From an uncultured Candidatus Saccharibacteria bacterium (lineage in GTDB: Bacteria; Patescibacteriota; Minisyncoccia; Phycocordibacterales; GCA-2401445), in contig CAYTAR010000007.1 in NCBI GenBank assembly GCA_964436015.1, positions 1 to 56,761 on the forward strand: a stretch of 56,761 bases of DNA, written 5' to 3'. Below are positions 47,834-54,211 of this stretch, one piece after another. Numbering within the stretch: position 1 is the stretch's first letter; every line of letters starts with the position of its first letter. Both the position numbers and the translations under genes were made by a program. The notes under the pieces are model-generated. The model saw only the letters and a list, made by a program, of their open reading frames with translations, was not told where the DNA came from and ran no database searches.

Positions 47834-48059
47834 CCGCCAAAATTACCGTATTCTTAACAGAATACGGTAATTTTGCTTGCGGTGCGGAGTAGAGCAAGCA
47901 AACTTCTTTGCTTGCGTGGGGAATCGAAAGCCGCAGTCATGTTTCTGTTTGAGGCTTTTGCTCAAACAGAAACAGACGAGGCGGGGTCGCGGAAATTTTG
48001 CGCCTGCCGGCAAAGGCAGGTCAGCAAAATTATCTGTGACCGATTCTCTACCCGCACCA
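47834..48059 (+). repeat. Structured element trailing tRNA-Gly(GCC)
   Basis: Hairpins at 47839-47874, 47894-47915, 47941-47973 and 47994-48031. The antisense T-arm block ggggaatcgaa is at 47918-47928. The conserved box gaggcggggtcgcg is at 47978-47991. The terminal sense copy gtgaccgattctctacccgcacca is at 48036-48059. Confidence 0.8.
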
Positions 48060-48136
48060 CAAAAAGTAAGTAGATAGCGAGTTATTTGGTTATAAAAAGT
48101 TATGACCGATTCTTCATATCTCCAAATACATATTTA

Positions 48137-48174
48137 AAAGCATATCTTACGCTATATCGTAAGATATGCTTTTA
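48137..48174. terminator. 38-bp hairpin/palindrome (copy 2 of the cttacg...cgtaag palindrome), a likely bidirectional terminator between convergent tRNA units
   Basis: aaaagcatatcttacg-ctatat-cgtaagatatgctttt: 16-bp arms with A4/T4 flanks. Confidence 0.6.
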
Positions 48175-48278
48175 TGATGTTAATTATAGGTTTTAAGGTA
48201 AATAGGGAAGTAGACTGTTAAAAAATACCTACTTGATTTTCCTGTACCGCCCACCAGCAATGCTGCTAGTACACTAGT

Positions 48279-48650
48279 CTTCAAATCCCGGACGAAAGCG
48301 TCCCCACGCTTTCTCGGGTACAAAATATGGCTAAAAATATAGAGTTTGTGCCCCCGCCAGGATTCGGTCACAAGTTACTGAGGATTTTGCTAGTGAGTAC
48401 ACTTCAAAATCCAAAGTACTCGCGACCCCGCCTCGCTGTCGCAGAGCGACATGCTCCGGCTTTCGAATCCTGACGCAGTGTGTGCAGACACACTGCTTCG
48501 GGAAACATGTGCCCCCGCCAGGATTCGAACCTCTCGGAAACCCACGGTTTTCCGACGGGTAAAGCCCTGCCTTCCTCCACGGGAAACCGCAGGTTTCCCG
48601 ACCCCTTCCTGTTCGAATCCTGGCGGAACACGCCTCGCTACGCTCGTCTG
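48279..48650 (-). repeat. Array of elements trailing tRNA-Arg, with three direct copies and two antisense copies of the tRNA-Arg T-arm/acceptor 3' end
   Basis: tgcccccgccaggattcg occurs at 48651-48668 (in the tRNA), 48510-48527 and 48349-48366. Antisense blocks are at 48611-48626 and 48462-48472. A copy of the Pro-type module lies at 48279-48316. Confidence 0.85.
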
Positions 48651-48722
48651 TGCCCCCGCCAGGATTCGAACCCAGAATAACGGTTCCGAAGACCGTTGTG
48701 ATATCCATTTCACCACAGGGGC
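48651..48722 (-). tRNA. tRNA-Arg (anticodon TCG), no encoded CCA
   Basis: Acceptor GCCCCTG/CGGGGGC (one G-U pair), anticodon arm ACGGT-CTTCGGA-ACCGT, T arm CTGGG-TTCGAAT-CCTGG (two G-U pairs). Confidence 0.85.
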
Positions 48723-48745
48723 GAGCTTAGACATCATACGACACA

Positions 48746-50275
48746 TTGGTCATTTTGCCAAAGGTATACTACAATTATCACGTGAATAATTCTACTGTTT
48801 CAATTGAGTTCTCCATACCAGCACCAGTCAAACATGTAGCTGAAACGTTGCAAAAAGCAGGATTTGAGGCTTTTTTAGTTGGAGGATGTGTTCGTGATCT
48901 CTTTTTGAATAAAAAACCTAAAGATTGGGATATAACAACAAATGCACGCCCGGAACAAATAACCGCCTTGTTTCCTCATACTTTTTATGAAAATGACTTC
49001 GGAACCGTTGGTGTTGTTACTGAAAACACAGAAGATGAAACACTTGCTACCATTGAAGTTACGACATATCGCCTTGAAGCGGAGTATTCAAACAACAGAC
49101 ATCCTGACATGGTCCGTTTTAGTGACACATTACAAGATGATTTAAAAAGAAGAGACTTTACCTTTAATGCACTCGCATACGATACTCAAACTAACACAAT
49201 ACATGACTACTACAACGGCATAGCCGATTTACGCTCGCAAGTGGTTCGTACCGTAGGGAACCCAACTGAGCGATTTGGGGAAGACGCACTTCGTATTATG
49301 AGGGCCGTACGGCTTGCGGTGGAGCTACGCTTTTCAATTGAACCCGAGACTGAACGTGAGATTGCAAATATGGCTCAAAACATAACTACAATTGCGATTG
49401 AGCGTATCCGAGATGAGCTTTCTCGGATCCTACTTTCGCCCAATCCACAGTACGGAATAGAGCTATTGCATAAGGTAGGAGTACTTATATACATCATTCC
49501 AGAACTTATTGAAACACGAGGAATTGAGCAGGGAGGTATACACTCATTTGATGTGTGGGAACATTTACTTAAAACACTCCAGCATTCAGCTGACAAACAG
49601 TGGCCTTTGCACATACGGCTGGCGAGCTTATTTCATGATATAGCCAAACCGGAAACACGAAGGTCTGGAGGAAAGAATAAGGAATGGACCTTTTTTGGAC
49701 ATGAGGTTGTTGGGGCACGAAAAACAAAAACTATTCTTGAACGTTTAAAGTACCCAAAAGCTATTATCACCCGTGTGGTTACCTTGGTTCGTTGGCATAT
49801 GTTTTTTTCTGATACCGAACAAATAACACTATCGGCAGTAAGAAGAATGATCGCAAACGTGGGGGAAGAGAATATATGGGACCTTATGAATGTGCGTATT
49901 TGTGACAGAATAGGGACCGGAAGACCGAAAGAAGACCCTTTCAGATTAAGAAAATATCACGCAATGATTGAGGAAGCACTTCGCGATCCTCTATCAGTTC
50001 GCATGCTTGCCTTACGCGGAGAAGATATCATTGAAATAACCAATTCAAAACCTGGTCCACACATTGGCTTAATTCTACACGCACTCCTCGAAGAGGTACT
50101 TGATAATCCTGAGAAAAACACCAAAGAAATTCTCTCAAAGAGAGCACTAGAACTCTATGCGCTACCCCAAAATATGCTTACAGAGCTTGGCGAAAAGGGG
50201 AAAATAAGGCAAAAGGAAGAAGACAGTGCTGAATCAAAGAAAATCCTTGCGAAATATAAAGTATTGAAAAAGTAG
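48746..50275 (+). CDS. cca: CCA-adding tRNA nucleotidyltransferase with an HD domain
   Basis: GGCVRD and DWDITT nucleotidyltransferase motifs, RDFTFNA, and HD (LFHDIAKP). The true start may be the GTG at 48782. Confidence 0.88.
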   Translation: MVILPKVYYNYHVNNSTVSIEFSIPAPVKHVAETLQKAGFEAFLVGGCVRDLFLNKKPKDWDITTNARPEQITALFPHTFYENDFGTVGVVTENTEDETLATIEVTTYRLEAEYSNNRHPDMVRFSDTLQDDLKRRDFTFNALAYDTQTNTIHDYYNGIADLRSQVVRTVGNPTERFGEDALRIMRAVRLAVELRFSIEPETEREIANMAQNITTIAIERIRDELSRILLSPNPQYGIELLHKVGVLIYIIPELIETRGIEQGGIHSFDVWEHLLKTLQHSADKQWPLHIRLASLFHDIAKPETRRSGGKNKEWTFFGHEVVGARKTKTILERLKYPKAIITRVVTLVRWHMFFSDTEQITLSAVRRMIANVGEENIWDLMNVRICDRIGTGRPKEDPFRLRKYHAMIEEALRDPLSVRMLALRGEDIIEITNSKPGPHIGLILHALLEEVLDNPEKNTKEILSKRALELYALPQNMLTELGEKGKIRQKEEDSAESKKILAKYKVLKK

Positions 50276-50382
50276 CAATTTTACGCAAATGCAAGATATA
50301 AATAGTATTAGATTCTCAACTCAGTTATAAAAATCTTCGTAGTACTTCCGACTTTCACACTCTCACTCTACGTCGCTCATAA

Positions 50383-50472
50383 AAAAACCGCCGTAGCTAG
50401 TTAAAACAAAAGGAGAAATTTGATTGAGTAACGCGTGCCTTCGTTATTCAATGTTTTAGCTGGGCGGTTTTT
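50383..50472. terminator. About 90-nt imperfect hairpin downstream of cca
   Basis: aaaaaccgccgtagctagttaaaac pairs with gttttagctgggcggttttt. An inner stem pairs attgagtaacg with cgttattcaat. Confidence 0.4.
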
Positions 50473-50648
50473 AACCGCATAAGTATACGTGTAATGTTAC
50501 GATGATCGATATGTGGTGCCATATGATATGGCTGTATCTCGTGTATTTTTGTGTACTTGTGCAGTTGTAAGAGTGGGTGAGACTCTTATTAAAATGTGTA
50601 AAGAACTGAAATATGTCTGACGTAATAATACACCTCTATAAAAGACAC

Positions 50649-50703
50649 GTAAAGGACATACTGTGGATAACAAAGTTGCATGTCCTTTATATGGGTGTAT
50701 AGT
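50649..50703 (+). promoter_or_regulatory. Candidate promoter/operator: TAAAGGACAT inverted repeat enclosing a perfect DnaA-box 9-mer
   Basis: taaaggacat at 50650-50659 and atgtccttta at 50680-50689. tgtggataa lies at 50662-50670. TTGCAT at 50676-50681, a 16-nt spacer, then TATAGT at 50698-50703. Confidence 0.45.
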
Positions 50704-50721
50704 GAAAAAGGAGGCTACGCT

Positions 50722-50865
50722 ATGTATAAACCAATCCCCCATGCACCGCCTGAAAAATGGCGAAAGTACGGAAGGAAACTTCACTCTCTCTGGAGAGCAC
50801 TATCTCACGCAACAGAACGAGGTGACTTGAAAAAAGCCCTTAGCATTGCACGAAAGTTGTCGTGA
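50722..50865 (+). CDS. Small basic 47-aa protein, unknown function
   Basis: ATG is preceded by AAGGAGG at 50708-50714. The product is MYKPIPHAPPEKWRKYGRKLHSLWRALSHATERGDLKKALSIARKLS. It has its own candidate promoter and a downstream hairpin. Confidence 0.5.
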   Translation: MYKPIPHAPPEKWRKYGRKLHSLWRALSHATERGDLKKALSIARKLS

Positions 50866-50871
50866 ATACAC

Positions 50872-50899
50872 AAAAGGCCTGCTACTTAGCGGGCCTTTA
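50872..50899. terminator. Hairpin between the convergent small ORF and xth
   Basis: aaaggcc, a 12-nt loop, then ggccttt. Confidence 0.45.
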
Positions 50900-51667
50900 C
50901 TATGCAAGGGTAATACTTACCGGGCAATGATCAGAACCAAGGATATCATCGTGTATATTTGCCGAGGTGATACTTTCTTGCAGAGACTTACTTACAAAAA
51001 AGTAATCAATCCTCCACCCCACATTTCGTTCTCGAGCGCGAGTTTTCATATCCCAGTATGAGTATTTTTGCTCAACTAATCCATGTTTTAGCCGGAACGT
51101 ATCAATAAACCCTGCGTTCACCACCGCATCAATCCATGCACGCTCAACAGGAAGAAACCCTGTATTCTCAACATTTTCTTTTGGTCGAGCGAGGTCAATT
51201 TCAGTATGAGCTGTATTTATATCTCCGCAAAAAATTACATCAAATCCTTTTCGTTCCAACTCTTTCACATAACTTAAAAAAGCGTCATAGTAGCGTAATT
51301 TATACGCCAAACGTTCAGGTCCGCCACCTCCATTAGGAAAATATACCGTAATAAAAGCAAGCGACTCAAAGAAAAGTGTTATTTGCCTACCTTCTTGATC
51401 AAGTTCTTCAACCCCTAAACCATACTCGACCGAATCAGGCTCCATCTTTGTATATACTGCCGTTCCGCTATATCCCTTGCGTGTTTTTGATGAATTAAAA
51501 TATGCGTTGTACCCCTGTGGATGAGTGAGTTCCTCTGGAAGTTGAGTTGCTTCGGCTTTTGTCTCCTGAAGAGCTAAGATATCTGGCTGTTCATTCCAAA
51601 ACCAATCAAAACAATTCTTTTTGTGACACGCACGTATACCGTTAACATTCCATGAATACATTTTCAT
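50900..51667 (-). CDS. xth: Exodeoxyribonuclease III (AP endonuclease)
   Basis: SWNVNGIRA, LQETK, GDINTAH and SDHCPV motifs. Confidence 0.92.
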   Translation of the reverse strand: MKMYSWNVNGIRACHKKNCFDWFWNEQPDILALQETKAEATQLPEELTHPQGYNAYFNSSKTRKGYSGTAVYTKMEPDSVEYGLGVEELDQEGRQITLFFESLAFITVYFPNGGGGPERLAYKLRYYDAFLSYVKELERKGFDVIFCGDINTAHTEIDLARPKENVENTGFLPVERAWIDAVVNAGFIDTFRLKHGLVEQKYSYWDMKTRARERNVGWRIDYFFVSKSLQESITSANIHDDILGSDHCPVSITLA

Positions 51668-51692
51668 ACAGCAATCCTATCATGTGACCGTA

Positions 51693-51726
51693 CATAAAAA
51701 AACCGATTGACTCACGTCAATCGGTT
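51693..51726 (-). terminator. Rho-independent terminator of the 96-aa gene
   Basis: An 11-bp stem aaccgattgac/gtcaatcggtt, followed by T8 on the minus strand. Confidence 0.8.
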
Positions 51727-52015
51727 AGAAGGGGAACTGGAGTTGTTTTGCGACGGGTGACTCTTCTATCCCACAGAGGGTGAACTCTTCTTCCTGCTCA
51801 ATCAGCTCTATGCCCAACTGGCGGGTAAGTAAGATGAGCGCACGTTCATCTTTTTTTTGACAGAAAACCGTTGGTGGGGAAAAAGAGACTTTTACGTCAA
51901 TTTTGTTGTCCAGAACCTGTTTAAGGTCTGCAAGCATTTGTTCAGGACCCCTAAGAGAGAAACCTGAGCAGTGAGTAACGGTAAACGTTACCCAATGTGT
52001 CATGTTTCTCGTCAT
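51725..52015 (-). CDS. Hypothetical 96-aa protein
   Basis: The ORF has its own strong terminator. I recognised no motif. Confidence 0.45.
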   Translation of the reverse strand: MTRNMTHWVTFTVTHCSGFSLRGPEQMLADLKQVLDNKIDVKVSFSPPTVFCQKKDERALILLTRQLGIELIEQEEEFTLCGIEESPVAKQLQFPF

Positions 52016-52102
52016 ATTTTATTGCGTTAACTGTGTGGAACTATCAATGTTTAATTCATTTTTAGCACAAAAAAACATTATTGTCAAAACTTTATTCATC
52101 GA

Positions 52103-53020
52103 TTATTGTTTTCTTTTATTATGAAAATTCTTGTGTATATCTCGCAAATGCTTATCAGTAACATGAGTGTATATTTGAGTGGTTCCAATATGGGCGTGCC
52201 CCAAAAGAGCCTGTACACTTCTCAAATCAGCCCCATTGGAAAGCAGATCTGTTGCAAATGAGTGGCGCACCACATGGGGAGTAACTTTTTTTGAAATACC
52301 TGCCTTAATTGCGTAATATTTCACGATACGCTCAACAGAACGAGATGTAATACGTGACAAGGGGAGAGAATTGCTCTTTGAAACCCCAACAAACAACGCA
52401 TCACTCATATCTTTCCTTTTTTCCAAGTATGAACGAACAGCTACTTTAGCCTGAGTAGAAAGAAATACCACCCTTATTTTATCTCCTTTTCCACGAACAG
52501 AAAGTTCATCTCTTCCAAGATCAATATCTCTGTTCAATGAACATAGCTCAGAAACACGCAGGCCTGTTGAAAAAAGAAGTTCAAGTATTGCTTTATCCCT
52601 CAACGACTTAACATCCGTATCTTGCGGAGCATTGAGCAACCTCTCTAATTCATCACTCGTAATCAAATCAAGTGAACGCTCAGAAACCTTCGCGAGCTCA
52701 ATTCGCTCAGGAGGAAGTGACGCAACTCCGCGCTTCAACAAGTACTTTAAAAAAGACCGGAGCGCAATCAAATAATAATTTTGTGTCTTTCGTTTTAACA
52801 TACCCCCTCCACCATTACTACTTGGTGCAGGTTGGCGATTTAGCCACAAACGAAACTCCCTGATACATTCATCAGTAATATCTTTTGGGCTTTTGAGCTT
52901 TGTGTGCTCTAAAAATCGTTCTAGATAACGATCATAGTTGGCAACCGTTTTTAAACTACGGCCTTTCTCTATTTCCACATATTCTAAAAACTCCTGTTTG
53001 TAGCGTTTTAATTCATTCAT
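52103..53020 (-). CDS. XerC/XerD-type tyrosine site-specific recombinase
   Basis: N-terminal SAM-like domain. Catalytic residues appear in LRVSEL (R), HVVRHSFAT (HxxR) and LGHAHIGTTQIYTHV (H...Y). Confidence 0.88.
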   Translation of the reverse strand: MNELKRYKQEFLEYVEIEKGRSLKTVANYDRYLERFLEHTKLKSPKDITDECIREFRLWLNRQPAPSSNGGGGMLKRKTQNYYLIALRSFLKYLLKRGVASLPPERIELAKVSERSLDLITSDELERLLNAPQDTDVKSLRDKAILELLFSTGLRVSELCSLNRDIDLGRDELSVRGKGDKIRVVFLSTQAKVAVRSYLEKRKDMSDALFVGVSKSNSLPLSRITSRSVERIVKYYAIKAGISKKVTPHVVRHSFATDLLSNGADLRSVQALLGHAHIGTTQIYTHVTDKHLRDIHKNFHNKRKQ

Positions 53021-53180
53021 TATCTTCAGTACTATAGGTACATTGTAGCAGAGTTACCGTACAGCTTATGCATGTGAACTTGCTTATATTTACCTTGCAT
53101 ACAATGCCCCTTAGAACCCATTCCAACCTCAAACTACGCACCCCCTTGCTTTTATGATGCATTTATGCTATGGTTGACGC

Positions 53181-53444
53181 ATGCTGACAAAACGAAAAAA
53201 GAGTAAGGCTATAGTAATTGGAGCGAAACACGAGAAGGACACCGGTTCTTCTGCGGTCCAAATTTCAATACTTACAAAGAAAATTGACGAACTTTCGTCA
53301 CATTTAAAGGAGCATCGAAAAGACGTTCATTCACGTCGTGGTCTTTTGCAGATGGTAGCGGACAGAAGAAAGCACCTTTCTTATCTTAAGAAAAAGGATG
53401 CAAAAACATACGCAACCATTACAAAAAAATTAGACCTTAAATAA
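53181..53444 (+). CDS. rpsO: 30S ribosomal protein S15
   Basis: GSSAVQISILTKKI...HLKEHRKDVHSRRGLL signature. Confidence 0.92.
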   Translation: MLTKRKKSKAIVIGAKHEKDTGSSAVQISILTKKIDELSSHLKEHRKDVHSRRGLLQMVADRRKHLSYLKKKDAKTYATITKKLDLK

Positions 53445-53471
53445 TTCGCTTCTAGGCGAATTATTTGTTTT
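53441..53471 (+). terminator. Hairpin after rpsO
   Basis: ataattcgc-ttctag-gcgaattat followed by a T-rich run. Confidence 0.6.
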
Positions 53472-53542
53472 ATACATTCATCATTTTGTGTGTCAGCACA
53501 TTATTACCATTCCTCATTAGGAATATAGTATATAGTTAAACT

Positions 53543-54073
53543 ATGACGGTTATTAAACATAAAGATCAGCGTGTCGGAATTTTTATTGACGCGCAAAACC
53601 TATACCACAGTGCAAAGCATTTGTACGGTTCAAAAGTAAATTTTGGTGCAATAGTAAAAGATGTACTCGGAGATCGTGCGTTGGTGCGAGCCCTTGCATA
53701 CGCCATCACCACAGAAGGTGGGGATGAAAAGGCGTTTCTTGATGCACTTACTAAAGCGGGTATTGAAACTAGAACAAAAGACCTCCAGGTATTTTCAGGT
53801 GGAGCAAAGAAAGCAGATTGGGACGTTGGACTTGCAGTAGATGCTATTAAAATGGCACCCAAATTAGACTCAATCATACTTATGTCAGGCGATGGAGATT
53901 TTATACCCCTTGTGGAGTACCTACAAACAAATGAGGGATGCCAGGTTGAAGCGGTGTCATTCGGAAAATCAACATCAAGCAAACTACGTGAAGCAGTTGA
54001 TGATTTTTTTGACCTCGATCAAAACCCTAGTGCGTACCTGATAAATCTTCGTCCACATAAAAAGAAAAAATAA
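53543..54073 (+). CDS. NYN-domain (LabA/DUF88-like) predicted ribonuclease
   Basis: VGIFIDAQNLYHS and MSGDGDFIPLVEYLQ motifs. Confidence 0.8.
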   Translation: MTVIKHKDQRVGIFIDAQNLYHSAKHLYGSKVNFGAIVKDVLGDRALVRALAYAITTEGGDEKAFLDALTKAGIETRTKDLQVFSGGAKKADWDVGLAVDAIKMAPKLDSIILMSGDGDFIPLVEYLQTNEGCQVEAVSFGKSTSSKLREAVDDFFDLDQNPSAYLINLRPHKKKK

Positions 54074-54098
54074 AAAGACCGCTCATGCGGTTTTTTTA
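54074..54098 (+). terminator. Short terminator-like hairpin
   Basis: gaccgc-tcat-gcggt followed by T7. Confidence 0.55.
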
Positions 54099-54211
54099 TT
54101 GTCTATTAGAGCTATATATGGTACATTTTTATCATTATATATAACAAACTCGCCCTCAGATATACAGGTTTTATATAAAAATCTGCAATCTGAGGAGGAG
54201 TAAACATCATT

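Noticed and set aside
48463-48506. Hammerhead-like string CTGACG, stem, GGGAAAC on the plus strand
   Set aside because: The conserved CUGAUGA / GAAA core and three-stem junction are not satisfied. The orientation is also opposite to the element scaffold.
48349-48531. Second and third copies of the tRNA-Arg 3' end considered as additional tRNA or pseudo-tRNA genes, or as an intron-split tRNA
   Set aside because: No matching acceptor 5' strand, D arm or anticodon arm precedes either copy. The base before copy 2 does not form a T-stem (gagag against cctgg). I saw no group I conserved cores or bulge-helix-bulge motif. They are therefore reported as fragments and not as tRNA genes.
48331-48789. 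Five overlapping ORFs (66-125 aa, both strands) across the tRNA-Arg array
   Set aside because: All lie within tRNA-derived repeats and the tRNA itself. The mutually overlapping frames on both strands indicate GC-rich noncoding sequence rather than genes.
52103-53020. The Xer-type recombinase considered as the integrase of the tRNA-linked elements
   Set aside because: It lies 3.4 kb from the nearest element, is flanked by housekeeping genes, and has a standard XerC/D length and motifs. Nothing in the sequence ties it to the elements, so it is mentioned only as something to test.
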